A program made the position numbers and the translations under genes. A DNA stretch of 64,000 bases from a bacterium (lineage in GTDB: Bacteria; Zixibacteria; MSB-5A5; WJJR01). Positions 26,123 to 35,521 of this stretch are shown here, piece after piece. Each line of letters starts with the position of its first letter. The stretch's first letter is position 1. The notes beneath the pieces are model-generated. The model saw only the letters and a program-made list of their open reading frames with translations, was not told where the DNA came from and made no database searches. The DNA is taken from NCBI GenBank assembly GCA_021813505.1, contig JAKAKI010000034.1, positions 10,059-74,058 on the forward strand. Reading direction: 5' to 3'.

Positions 26123-27151
26123 TCAGGCCTGCACGGCGCGGATGAAATCCTTCAATGACATGTTCGGCATATCGAGCGCCGAGGCCACTGATTCGCCCAG
26201 CTGGTCGCGCGCCGTGTCGAGGCGGTCGCTTCCCATAGTCTCAATATTCCAGATTGAATCATGCAAGGTTTGCGGTGCGAACAAATAGGAGAACATGTTC
26301 GACGCCGGAGCGCGAAAGAACAGATAGCACCCGGTGGGGGATCCTTCCCCGCCGGCGAACCAAAAGAGCACGGACTGGTCCAGCGGGTTGCCGCCCAGAG
26401 TTGCCTGGCAAAGCCGCAGCCATGTGGCGGTCTGCAAACCCACCTGATCCGGATCTCCCGAGGTCGGCATGCGCATCGCAAACCCAAAACGAGAAACGTC
26501 GTGGCCGCGCCGTGGAGCGAGCGTGGCAAACACGTTCTTAACGACCAGGTACTTTCGGCGGTCCTGAAAATCTCCGTAGAGTCCCCGCCAGAAAGACTCC
26601 ATCGTTACATCGCTCAAATATCGATCGAATCGCTGTTGCGATTCCACCAGATTCTGCGGCAGGATCGACGCCAAATTCATAATCTGTGCGGCGCGATGGT
26701 TATCGATTCCGTCGGCGCAATCGACGACGGCGATTCGCCGTGCCGCATTAAGGAACATCGCATATCCTTGCGGGACAACATGAAACGCTGAACCGCCCCG
26801 CCCCAGCGCGGCATGCGCAAAAATCAGAAACGGGTAGCGCCGCCCCCCGTGATCCCGCCCTGGACGGCAGACCCCGACCAAGGCCTCGGCGGGGTCTTTC
26901 GACCGGAATACAAAACACAGCGGCGCTGCATGATCAAAGGCGGCCTCCCAGCCATTCCCCATCTGCGTGCGCATTGCGGACAGCCCCTCCTGCATCCATG
27001 TATCCAGGACGCGCGCCAAGGGACTCCCTGCGTTCATACGCACGAAATCGGGATGCGACGGAAGCTTCCCGAACAATCCGACCAGTGGTGCCGCCATTAC
27101 TGCTTTGATCCCTCCACGCCTATGAGTCTTGTACGCTGTCCCGGTCGACAA
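26123..27151 (-). CDS. tagF: T6SS-associated protein TagF (ImpM/DUF2094)
   Basis: MAAPLVGLFGKLPSHPDFVRMNAG matches the TagF GxFGKLPxxGDFV signature. The gene is directly downstream of tssM. The true start may be the internal ATG near 27097. Confidence 0.8.
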   Translation of the reverse strand: MSTGTAYKTHRRGGIKAVMAAPLVGLFGKLPSHPDFVRMNAGSPLARVLDTWMQEGLSAMRTQMGNGWEAAFDHAAPLCFVFRSKDPAEALVGVCRPGRDHGGRRYPFLIFAHAALGRGGSAFHVVPQGYAMFLNAARRIAVVDCADGIDNHRAAQIMNLASILPQNLVESQQRFDRYLSDVTMESFWRGLYGDFQDRRKYLVVKNVFATLAPRRGHDVSRFGFAMRMPTSGDPDQVGLQTATWLRLCQATLGGNPLDQSVLFWFAGGEGSPTGCYLFFRAPASNMFSYLFAPQTLHDSIWNIETMGSDRLDTARDQLGESVASALDMPNMSLKDFIRAVQA

Positions 27152-27187
27152 TCTGAACCAATTTGATCTTCAATTGGCCAATGCCCT

Positions 27188-30100
27188 CTATCGACACACC
27201 GACTGAGGGCATTGGAATTGGGAGAACCGATGATTCAGGATGAAATCGGCGCCCTCTCCGGTGACCGTGAGCACGACTTTCTGGGTCTGTCCCGTACGGG
27301 CCTTAAACGTCCAGATCAAATTGGAACCGGACCGCTCGGCCTGATCGATCAAGTGGAACAGTCCCCAATCCCCGCTGTATTGCAGCGGCTGGAAGAAGAC
27401 GCCGTTGGTGGTCGATTCGATGGACAACTCGGTCCTGGCATCGCCAACCTGCGGCCACACGTACTCCACCGGGTACGGAGTGCCGGAGACATATTCAAGG
27501 TCCGGGAAACCGGCATACTTGAACCGCAGCACCTTGATTCCGGCCATGCTCCGCGCATCAGCCACCATGCTGAATCGGAGTTTCTCGCGCCCTTTCTTCA
27601 AGACACGCTGGATCTGCTGCGCTTTTTCGATCTGGTCCTGGAATCCGCCGGGAACGGACACTCCTCCCGCACCACCAAGCTCCGAGGTCACGAAATCGGA
27701 AAACTTATCGAAGAACGACTCCATGTTGGCTCGATCCACGCCTCCGTCATCGGTCTGCGTGAACGGATACATGCCGCTCAGGTTCGTGTTGTAGAAGTCG
27801 TAGACGCGGGCTTTCCACGCCTGATCCAGGCAGCCACAGCCACCGAGGAATGCCGCGCTCTGGGCTCCGCTGATGGGCTGACAGAGCAATTTGGCGGCAT
27901 CCTGCGCCAAATCGGATTGGTTGAGAAGCTTTTCGACGTTTCCGGAGATTTCGCGCATGTCGCGTCCGAAATCACGCAACGCGTCGCCGCAGTGGGCGCC
28001 CCCCTCCAGCTTCTTCTGAACCTCCTTGAGCTTGCCTGCCACCTGGCCGAGAAGCTCGTTGTACGTCTTCTTGGGCGGATCCCCGCTGGCCTGAATCAAA
28101 CCGAAGAACCGCCCCAACGGTGTGAACTGCTGCTCCACTTTCTTCGCGGATTCCTTATCGAGGTCTTTCAGGTTGCCCTGTTCATACACCTTGTTCAGGA
28201 CCGTGAGCGCGGGAGAGTTGTCGCCCGTGAATTCCTTGAGGCCATCGTTGGCATCGTCCAAATCGCGGAACGTGGAGATCATTCCTGATTGAATGAACTG
28301 CCGCCAGACCGCGATGAACTCGGTCACATATTTCTGCGTGAGCCGCTGCTGAATCTGTTCGTCTGTAAACATCGAGAAGGCCGGCTTCTTCATTGGGTCG
28401 GCCCTCAGCACCTCCGGCATGCGTTCAATGGCGGGCTGAACGTCTTTTTGCCAGGTTTCGGCCATGAACGCACGAGGGACGCGCACTTTTCCGCTGAGCC
28501 TGATTGAGGCCGGTACGGCTTCCGAGTATGTGAATTCCGATTCCTTGCTGCTGATATCGCTGATCATCACATTGTAAATCAGGTCCATCGTCCAGTGGCT
28601 GTTCATCTGCGAAGTCGCGAAGGACAGCACCCGCTGGCTTCCTGAGGCTCGCAGCCACCGGATCGTCGCATCCGGGCGGTACTTCCAATAGAAGGGCAGC
28701 TGCTTCTCATTCAACTGAGCGAACTGCCGGAAGGATTCCTGATCCATGGAGGACTGGAAGATCGAATCCACCTGATCACGGAGCGTGCCAGTCGCCTGCG
28801 ACGCGGAATCGTAGGGAACAGTCAGCATCTGGTACGCGGTAAACGTCGTGTAATAGTTGATCACGTCCGTGTTCGAAGCGGCGCGATCAAGGGGCAGCAT
28901 CAGCTTGTCCGCCAGACGCTGGGCGACCGGCTCCAGCAGGATGTCGTGGTATCGCTGGAAGTAGACTTCAAGCCCCTTGCGGACGACTACATCACCGCTA
29001 TAAAGCCCCCAGCGCAGCCGGAGCGGGATGCTGGCGCCTGCCCTGGCCAACTCATCGCGCAACTCATCAAGCGTGTTGAGCGCACTCACAGAGGGACTTG
29101 CCTGAGAGCTCGTGGCATCCGCAACACGTTTGATCGTTGCCGCCAGTTCCGCGTTGTGACTGCAGTTGTTGACGTAGGAAGTGCCCATGGCGAGGATGAG
29201 CAATCCGGATACGACCGCTTGCGCGGCCATGGCGGCGATCCGAAAAGCCCGGCGCCGCCTCGCGGCCTTTGTCGTGGGGTAAACCTTGGCTTCGTCGGGA
29301 AGTATGATCTCCTGGAAGAGATCCTTGATGAAATAGGCCTTGGTCTCCTTGGGCGGTTCGAATTGCGCCATGAAATCCGACACCAGGCCGAAATCCTTCT
29401 GCATGGATTCCATCACCTGGGCAATCGGAGTCCCTTCCTGGGTGCCGCTCGTAAAGTAGAATCCGCGCACGAGAGGATTTTGCTGATAGGGATTCGGCTG
29501 GAACAGTGCTTCGACGAAGGTGGCGAGCTTCCGGCCGGCAGCGGCGAATTCAACGGAGAAAAGGTAGGTGCCGCGTTTCTGCGCTGGACGCATTTCACCG
29601 GCAAGCTGGCGCGAGCGGCGATTCTCCAGCACACCCGACAACAGGGCGAACTCCTGCTCAAACTCCTCACGCATGGGACGGCGGGCCGGCTCGTACTTGC
29701 GCGTCCAGCCCCAGATCTGTTCCCGGTCGGCCTTGGTGAAATCGCCGAAGAACTCGACAAACCCGGCGACCAGATCGCATTTGGTGAAGACAACGTAGAT
29801 GGGATACAACACTTGCAGCTTGACGATCAATTCATCAATGCGGCTGCGCATGGCGCGGGCGTGCGCCTCGATGCCGTCCGCATCCTGATGCAGAAGATCC
29901 GCCATCGAGACTGCCAAAATCAGTCCGTTGATCGGCGCACGGGGACGTGCCTTCTGCAGCATCTTCAGGAAATTCGACCATTCTTCCCGGTCTTCCTGAA
30001 CATTGGGAGAGAGTGTGTAGCGGCCCGCGGTGTCGAGGATGATCCCCTCATTGGTGAACCACCAGTCGCAATTGCGTGTGCCTCCCAGCCCTTTGACTTT

Positions 30101-30583
30101 CCCCGGATCCTCGGAGTCGGGATCGACCGGCGGGAAATGCAGCCCGGAATTGCGAATCGCTGTCGATTTGCCGGACGCCGACGGCCCGATGATCATGTAC
30201 CACGGGAGCACGTACAGCGCTTCGGCCCCCCGCCGCCCACGGGCAATGCGGGATTTCTTGAGAATCCCGACCGCGCGATTCATCTTCTCTTTGATCGCCG
30301 CGAGTTCGTCCTGAACATCCGGGCGTGAGGAGAGAAGTTGATCATCGGCCTGCTGGTTGAGAAATTTCTCCAGCATGCGCGCATTCTTCTTGGCACGCAG
30401 TTTCTTGATGAGCAGGTACAGGAGGAAACCGACGACGATGAGTATCGCCAGGCCGTAACACCACCAGCGATACTTGTACCCGACCACCCTCGGCCCCCAC
30501 AGGACCAGCACCAGAGCGATGACCAGCACCGCGCCCAGCGCGGCGAGTTTCGATTTGAGTATGGGCAGAAGGAGGCTGAACAT
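27188..30583 (-). CDS. tssM: T6SS membrane complex protein TssM (IcmF family)
   Basis: A 1131-aa protein with N-terminal TM helices, a Walker A motif (GPSASGKST) and an IcmF-like periplasmic region. Confidence 0.93.
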   Translation of the reverse strand: MFSLLLPILKSKLAALGAVLVIALVLVLWGPRVVGYKYRWWCYGLAILIVVGFLLYLLIKKLRAKKNARMLEKFLNQQADDQLLSSRPDVQDELAAIKEKMNRAVGILKKSRIARGRRGAEALYVLPWYMIIGPSASGKSTAIRNSGLHFPPVDPDSEDPGKVKGLGGTRNCDWWFTNEGIILDTAGRYTLSPNVQEDREEWSNFLKMLQKARPRAPINGLILAVSMADLLHQDADGIEAHARAMRSRIDELIVKLQVLYPIYVVFTKCDLVAGFVEFFGDFTKADREQIWGWTRKYEPARRPMREEFEQEFALLSGVLENRRSRQLAGEMRPAQKRGTYLFSVEFAAAGRKLATFVEALFQPNPYQQNPLVRGFYFTSGTQEGTPIAQVMESMQKDFGLVSDFMAQFEPPKETKAYFIKDLFQEIILPDEAKVYPTTKAARRRRAFRIAAMAAQAVVSGLLILAMGTSYVNNCSHNAELAATIKRVADATSSQASPSVSALNTLDELRDELARAGASIPLRLRWGLYSGDVVVRKGLEVYFQRYHDILLEPVAQRLADKLMLPLDRAASNTDVINYYTTFTAYQMLTVPYDSASQATGTLRDQVDSIFQSSMDQESFRQFAQLNEKQLPFYWKYRPDATIRWLRASGSQRVLSFATSQMNSHWTMDLIYNVMISDISSKESEFTYSEAVPASIRLSGKVRVPRAFMAETWQKDVQPAIERMPEVLRADPMKKPAFSMFTDEQIQQRLTQKYVTEFIAVWRQFIQSGMISTFRDLDDANDGLKEFTGDNSPALTVLNKVYEQGNLKDLDKESAKKVEQQFTPLGRFFGLIQASGDPPKKTYNELLGQVAGKLKEVQKKLEGGAHCGDALRDFGRDMREISGNVEKLLNQSDLAQDAAKLLCQPISGAQSAAFLGGCGCLDQAWKARVYDFYNTNLSGMYPFTQTDDGGVDRANMESFFDKFSDFVTSELGGAGGVSVPGGFQDQIEKAQQIQRVLKKGREKLRFSMVADARSMAGIKVLRFKYAGFPDLEYVSGTPYPVEYVWPQVGDARTELSIESTTNGVFFQPLQYSGDWGLFHLIDQAERSGSNLIWTFKARTGQTQKVVLTVTGEGADFILNHRFSQFQCPQSVCR

Positions 30584-30614
30584 ATTCCACCGTTCCCTGG
30601 CTCACAGTCCGCCG

Positions 30615-31301
30615 CTACATGCGCGACAAACTCCGCACCGCATCGTCCGCATTGGAGTGAGAGAGATAATTGAGCACAACGAATATGAGAAAGAGCACCA
30701 CCATGCATGCCAGCGTGACCGCCCACCAGGGCAGTTCCTTCTTGACCCGTTCCAGAAGTTCATCCGGAGGCGCCCAGTGCGGCGAGAGATCAATGACGCG
30801 TCCCCTGATCCGCTCGATGTCACGCCCCAGAGCCTCAATCAAGCTGCGCAACTGGCGCGGATCGACCAGCGCGTACTTGCCCTCGAAACCCAGCGCCAGG
30901 CAGGTGTAGTAGACCTCGAGCACGCCCACCCGGGCCTCCGCGCGAAGCCGGAGTTCATCGAGCCGGCTGAAGAACTCGTCGCCCGCGTTGTTGGTGCTGA
31001 AATACTCCAGCGCCAGCGGGCGCTGTGCCCAGTCGCGTTTTCCGAACCAGTCGGAGCGGGCGATCGCTTCATCGATAAACGCGGTGAGAGCGAAGCGCGC
31101 CGACAGGATGTCCTCGGTGGCGATGGACGCCATCCGGGCGTCGCGTTCGATGCCGGCGAACATCGAGGCGACATTGGCGCGCAGTTGCTGGACGTCACCG
31201 AAGTCCCGCCCCTGCACAAGTGTCAGGATCAGAGAAAAGGCCCGCTCACATACTTTGGAAAGGGTCGCGGACACAGGTTCTGCCGCCGTTTTGGCCGCCA
31301 T
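30615..31301 (-). CDS. tssL: T6SS membrane complex protein TssL (DotU family)
   Basis: DotU-like cytoplasmic domain with a C-terminal TM helix (WWAVTLACMVVLFLIFVVL). No OmpA extension. Confidence 0.83.
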   Translation of the reverse strand: MAAKTAAEPVSATLSKVCERAFSLILTLVQGRDFGDVQQLRANVASMFAGIERDARMASIATEDILSARFALTAFIDEAIARSDWFGKRDWAQRPLALEYFSTNNAGDEFFSRLDELRLRAEARVGVLEVYYTCLALGFEGKYALVDPRQLRSLIEALGRDIERIRGRVIDLSPHWAPPDELLERVKKELPWWAVTLACMVVLFLIFVVLNYLSHSNADDAVRSLSRM

Positions 31302-31348
31302 AGAAGTGTCTCCTTGCCGTGGTCAGCCACAGCCGGGAATAGAAGAGC

Positions 31349-32707
31349 TCATTTCTGCACCGCCAGACATTCGATATCCATCGACGGAAATTCCTGAGGC
31401 GGAACGTAAATCGCGATTTGTGACGCGTTCTTAATGTAATCCCATCGGTCGCCCCGGGGATCGATCCGGAAGTAGACCATCCCGGCCTTGCGCGGAATGG
31501 CGGCCGGCGGCAATTGCACGAATACCAGACCGGCGCCCGGAATGGCATTGCCGATGAGACGGCTGATCATGGCCGGTGAGATGACCTTGGCATACTTGGG
31601 GAATTCGCCTGCGATCTTGCTTTCGGACAGCTCGGCCGTGACGCCCAAATAAAAGTCTGAATTCGTAAACAACTCCGCGTCACTGATGTCACCATCGTAA
31701 CGGCCGGCATCGAGCCGCCGGAGCGGAATCTTCACGTACCGCGCCTCGACGGTTGCTTCCAGCAATTCGCGCAATTTCGAAATCAACGGAACGAACACGC
31801 CACCCAGATCATCGTGGCGGTAGATCGGCAGATTCCGGGGATGTTCACCGATCTTGAACGCACACAAGTTTCCGGCGTAGCGCGAGAGAATGTCGAACAA
31901 CTGCACCGGGTGCACGCTGCGCGGGTAGCTGTGCATGTGCACCAGCGGCGGTATGTAGGCATTGACCGTGTGCAGCTTCAGGAAGTTCGGCATGTCCGAT
32001 GTCGAGAATTCGGTCAGCAGCGGCGTCCGCTGCCGCACCTGGTCGGCCAGAGACTGAGCCTTGGCCGAGGCAGTCTCCAGCAGACCGCGGAGTTGATTGG
32101 TAAGCCAGGGGGATGCGCTCACCGATAGCAGCGGGGGAACGAATGTCTCGTGCAACTGGGGAACACCCTCGGCATTGCGCTCGATCTCCGCCACCTTGAT
32201 ACAATCGAAACCGTCGACGTCCTCACCGGAAAACAGCAGCGTCAGACGCTTCTTGGCGACTGGGATTTCGCGCTCATTCTCGCCGGTGACCTCATCGGCA
32301 ACGGTCGAAAAAGTGCGCACGAACCGCGTGGGTGTCCGGGGTTCCTGCTCTTCCATCTTGACCCCGGGAGCGCCGCCACGCAAACGGGGCAACCCGAGAT
32401 ATACGGACAGGACTTTTTCCGTCGGCTTGAAGTAGCTGTCGAATGATCGTGACGGCGGCGCATCGTCGACAGACGGCGCCCGCACCGTGGTTCCATCCGG
32501 AAGAATTCCGTCGAATTCCGTGAGGGTGAAGAGCCGGTTGGCGACCGCCTCGGTATCGATGAGGATGTGTGCTGCTCCCCAGGCAAAGGGTACCAGCGAC
32601 CGCGCCAGGAACCACCGATCCTGCTCATGGAATGTGTCGAATTGCTGAAAGTGATGCTGGGTCAGGAAGAGACCTTCACTCCAAAGCACCTTATGATACT
32701 GAGCCAT
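31349..32707 (-). CDS. tssK: T6SS baseplate protein TssK
   Basis: The N-terminus MAQYHKVLWSEGLFLTQHHFQQFD is the canonical TssK start. The protein is 452 aa. Confidence 0.9.
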   Translation of the reverse strand: MAQYHKVLWSEGLFLTQHHFQQFDTFHEQDRWFLARSLVPFAWGAAHILIDTEAVANRLFTLTEFDGILPDGTTVRAPSVDDAPPSRSFDSYFKPTEKVLSVYLGLPRLRGGAPGVKMEEQEPRTPTRFVRTFSTVADEVTGENEREIPVAKKRLTLLFSGEDVDGFDCIKVAEIERNAEGVPQLHETFVPPLLSVSASPWLTNQLRGLLETASAKAQSLADQVRQRTPLLTEFSTSDMPNFLKLHTVNAYIPPLVHMHSYPRSVHPVQLFDILSRYAGNLCAFKIGEHPRNLPIYRHDDLGGVFVPLISKLRELLEATVEARYVKIPLRRLDAGRYDGDISDAELFTNSDFYLGVTAELSESKIAGEFPKYAKVISPAMISRLIGNAIPGAGLVFVQLPPAAIPRKAGMVYFRIDPRGDRWDYIKNASQIAIYVPPQEFPSMDIECLAVQK

Positions 32708-32751
32708 TAATGTGCCGTCCTTCTCTTGAACTCAGGCGCGCCCGGATGGGT

Positions 32752-33300
32752 TTACCGGGCCTTCTTGATGAAATCTCTGCCGACCTCAATCTTCACGCGT
32801 TGCTCGGTCTTCTTGGGAATGTTCAATGCCAGCCGCTCCTGGGCGACGCCGGCCGACCGGTAGAAGTCGGCAATGGCGCACAAAACCGGCTTTGCCTTTT
32901 TGACCTTAAAGTAATTTCCCTCCAGCTCCACGGTGGCTGTCCCTGAGGGGCTTACGATGACGCTGCCGCTGTCCAGGATGTCATTGCCGAGCACCGAGGC
33001 AAGCTGGTCGTGGTACGAGGGATTGAAGAAGACATCCTTATCGGTCCCGGTGAATCCCGCGGTGCTGGTCAACAGATACACTTTGACCCGGATCGTATGG
33101 GCCGAGTTGCCGTCGAAGTTCAAATCGGACGTCCCGTTGAGAACGACTTCGACGTGCATGGGCTTTTCCTGCTTGCCAAACAGCCAGCCGCATCCGGAGA
33201 TGGAAGTCAAAATCAAAATGCCAAGGCATGCAGTGGCGAACCTAGCTCCGATCCAGCGGCGCGTTGCCGGGCGCCTACCCTCATTGACAGTCAGGCTCAT
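32752..33300 (-). CDS. tssJ: T6SS outer-membrane lipoprotein TssJ
   Basis: Signal peptide with lipobox LTSISGC, ~180 aa. The gene is first in the J-K-L-M order. Confidence 0.78.
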   Translation of the reverse strand: MSLTVNEGRRPATRRWIGARFATACLGILILTSISGCGWLFGKQEKPMHVEVVLNGTSDLNFDGNSAHTIRVKVYLLTSTAGFTGTDKDVFFNPSYHDQLASVLGNDILDSGSVIVSPSGTATVELEGNYFKVKKAKPVLCAIADFYRSAGVAQERLALNIPKKTEQRVKIEVGRDFIKKAR

Positions 33301-34082
33301 TGATCCCCCTTGCCGGATGAGTGTTGATCCCCCTGCCGGGACTTCATTTTCGCGAGCATCACTTCACGATATCCCCGGCGGAATACAGGACGAAACAGCT
33401 TTTCGAACTGCCCGGTATCCTCGGATACCAGTTCTTGATAGCGCCTCTGATACTCTTTCCACAAGAGCAAATTCCGAAACGGATTCAGCCGCCGGAACAG
33501 GTTCGCGCCCCCATCCCCTTCTTTGCCAATGACTTCAGAACGGATCGTCTCCGGGGCCAGGGTGCGCAGGACCTCCAGGGTCCCCTCGCGGCTGCTTTGC
33601 TCGTAGCCGGCCAGGAGCGCCAACTGGTGGTATTTCAATTCGTCAATAGCGGCGCGCAGTTCTTTGATCTGGGTGTCATCGAGCGACGTCGATTTCCAAT
33701 CGAACAGGCGGCGCAGCATGTCCTGAAAATTCTCAGAACGCCATACGCGCGTCGCTGAGTCGGCCGCTGCGCGATCAAGGCCGAAGTCTTTCTGGAAGCT
33801 CTTGCGTCCCGATAAGAGTTCACGGAATTCCTGGATCAGGACATCGATCCCGTGGACAATGCGCTCGCAGAATGCGCGAATCTGGTCGGGATTCTCCAGC
33901 GCGGCCTCCTCGCCGGAGAAGCGATGCGCGAGACGTTCCAGGTAGTGCAATGCGGTCCGGTTCAATTCGAGCTGCTGCCGGAGACGGGCATTTTCCTCGC
34001 GCAATTTCTCGACTTCGCCGGTTCCACCGGCACTCACCTCGTCCATGGTTTTCCCTGTCTCCGAGCTCTTGCGATTTCGCAT
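33297..34082 (-). CDS. Hypothetical coiled-coil protein, first gene of the T6SS operon (possible accessory/regulatory component)
   Basis: A 261-aa, charged, heptad-rich protein (EVEKLREENARLRQQLELNRTALHYLERL...). Its stop overlaps the tssJ start by 4 bp. The upstream intergenic region carries a palindromic operator-like site. I recognise no family. Confidence 0.45.
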   Translation of the reverse strand: MRNRKSSETGKTMDEVSAGGTGEVEKLREENARLRQQLELNRTALHYLERLAHRFSGEEAALENPDQIRAFCERIVHGIDVLIQEFRELLSGRKSFQKDFGLDRAAADSATRVWRSENFQDMLRRLFDWKSTSLDDTQIKELRAAIDELKYHQLALLAGYEQSSREGTLEVLRTLAPETIRSEVIGKEGDGGANLFRRLNPFRNLLLWKEYQRRYQELVSEDTGQFEKLFRPVFRRGYREVMLAKMKSRQGDQHSSGKGDQ

Positions 34083-34142
34083 GCCAAGCCGGCACCGCCC
34101 AGCGGCCTGCCAGCCGGCTGAGGGTTATACACTCAAGGAAAA

Positions 34143-34159
34143 TTGACAATCATTGTCAA
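34143..34159. promoter_or_regulatory. 17-bp perfect palindrome TTGACAAT-C-ATTGTCAA, candidate operator/promoter element for the T6SS operon
   Basis: ttgacaatcattgtcaa lies ~60 bp upstream of the start codon of the first T6SS-operon gene (34082). It is between that gene and the tRNA-Ser 3' end. A TTGACA -35-like hexamer is embedded in it. Confidence 0.45.
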
Positions 34160-34205
34160 GTATGTTGAAGGCCACCCCCGCCTCCAGGCATGGCGTCAAT
34201 CCATG

Positions 34206-34292
34206 CGGAGAGGGGGGGATTCGAACCCCCGGACCTCGTGAAAGGTCAACGGTTTTCGAGACCGCCCCGATCGACCGCTCTGGCACCTCTCC
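34206..34292 (-). tRNA. tRNA-Ser (anticodon CGA), class II with long variable arm
   Basis: The reverse complement folds as GGAGAGG-TG-...-GCGGT CTCGAAA ACCGT-(GACCT TTCACG AGGTC)-GGGGG TTCGAAT CCCCC-CCTCTCC-G. The anticodon loop is CT-CGA-AA. There is a 5-bp variable stem and discriminator G. CCA is not encoded. Confidence 0.8.
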
Positions 34293-34325
34293 GGGGGCGA
34301 ATATATAATCCCGCCCCCGGTCTTG

Positions 34326-35024
34326 TCAGTGTTTTTCCGGCATGCCTTCCCCAAATCTCCGCGTTCGGAGATAGTCGAGGAACTGGGTCATGTCGCGCCG
34401 GAATTGGACCTTGCCGGTGAATTTGATAGTCTCGTCGGAGGCATCCATGGAGAAGATCAGGTGGGCGAAGGGCCGCCACTGGGGTTCTTCCGTGCCGAAG
34501 TCACCACACGCGACGGCGGCATAGACCGGCATCGAGGTGGTCTGCCAGTAGCCCTTGAAGACGAAATACACAGTGATGCTATCATCAGAGAGGACGGCAC
34601 GTTGGAAGCCGCCGGAGAACAGGTCTCCCCAGGTTACGAATCCGACGGTATTGCCCTCGCCCAGGACCTGCAATTGGGGCTCCTTGAGGAATCCTGCGGC
34701 GGGCAAGGTGACCATGCGCGACCAAAGGTCGGTGATTCGCTTCGTAAACAAGGAGTCCATATTGGCCACACCGTAGCGCTGGACCAGAAGCGTGACCGCG
34801 TCGAAATCGCCATGTCCCACATGGTACCACAGCGCGACGGCCACCGACTCGGCTTCCTCGACGTGCAGGCGGCCCCACTTCGCTGCCTCTACATCCGTCA
34901 GTTGGTACTGGTTCCTCAGCGCATCAATTCGGGTCTCGGGTTTGCCGCAACTTGAAATGTACACACCGGCAGCCAGTATCAAGCTACTTGTCAGGAGGAT
35001 GGGAGCCGACCAATGCCGCGTCAT
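34326..35024 (-). CDS. Hypothetical lipoprotein
   Basis: An internal start MTRHWSAPILLTSSLILAAGVYISSC gives a signal peptide plus lipobox. The track ORF begins at an upstream GTG with a Pro/Arg-rich leader that is unlikely to be coding. Confidence 0.45.
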   Translation of the reverse strand: MTRHWSAPILLTSSLILAAGVYISSCGKPETRIDALRNQYQLTDVEAAKWGRLHVEEAESVAVALWYHVGHGDFDAVTLLVQRYGVANMDSLFTKRITDLWSRMVTLPAAGFLKEPQLQVLGEGNTVGFVTWGDLFSGGFQRAVLSDDSITVYFVFKGYWQTTSMPVYAAVACGDFGTEEPQWRPFAHLIFSMDASDETIKFTGKVQFRRDMTQFLDYLRTRRFGEGMPEKH

Positions 35025-35032
35025 AGAGGACC

Positions 35033-35518
35033 TCAAAGATTCCGGGCTGATTCGAGCGTTTCGTCTATCAGATCCCCTGTCGGCCGGAGCAGACGGTAGG
35101 CCAGCAGGGTCAGCAGCCCGAAGAACGCCAACTGGCGGAGATCCCCGCCGATCAGGTAGACAACAACTCCATACACGATCGGCGAGGCTCCCAAGGCAAA
35201 AATAACGAATGAGGAACGCACAACCCACTGTTCAATCTGAATGGGGTCATGGCAGAAGGGGGCCACACGCGCCGGTGAAAAGAACAGGCGCCGTAGAAAA
35301 TAGGCCGCCGCCAACTCCATCAACGCCACGGCACCCAGAATGTAAAAAAGCGGTTGAAGAAACTCGGGCATCGCTTCGGGCAAGCGCAGCAGACGGCCCT
35401 CACGCAAGAGCACCGCCACAGCGACGATCAGGGCGGGGAAGCCCAAGTTGACCAGGATTCCGATTCGGGTCGCCCGGTCGGCGAGATGTTCGGTACTAGA
35501 GCTCATTATTCCAATCAC
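35033..35518 (-). CDS. Hypothetical integral membrane protein (4 predicted TM helices)
   Basis: A 161-aa protein with several hydrophobic helices (ILVNLGFPALIVAVAVLL, LFYILGAVALMELAAAYFL, VIFALGASPIVYGVVVYLIGG...). I recognise no family. Confidence 0.4.
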   Translation of the reverse strand: MIGIMSSSTEHLADRATRIGILVNLGFPALIVAVAVLLREGRLLRLPEAMPEFLQPLFYILGAVALMELAAAYFLRRLFFSPARVAPFCHDPIQIEQWVVRSSFVIFALGASPIVYGVVVYLIGGDLRQLAFFGLLTLLAYRLLRPTGDLIDETLESARNL

Positions 35519-35521
35519 CGA

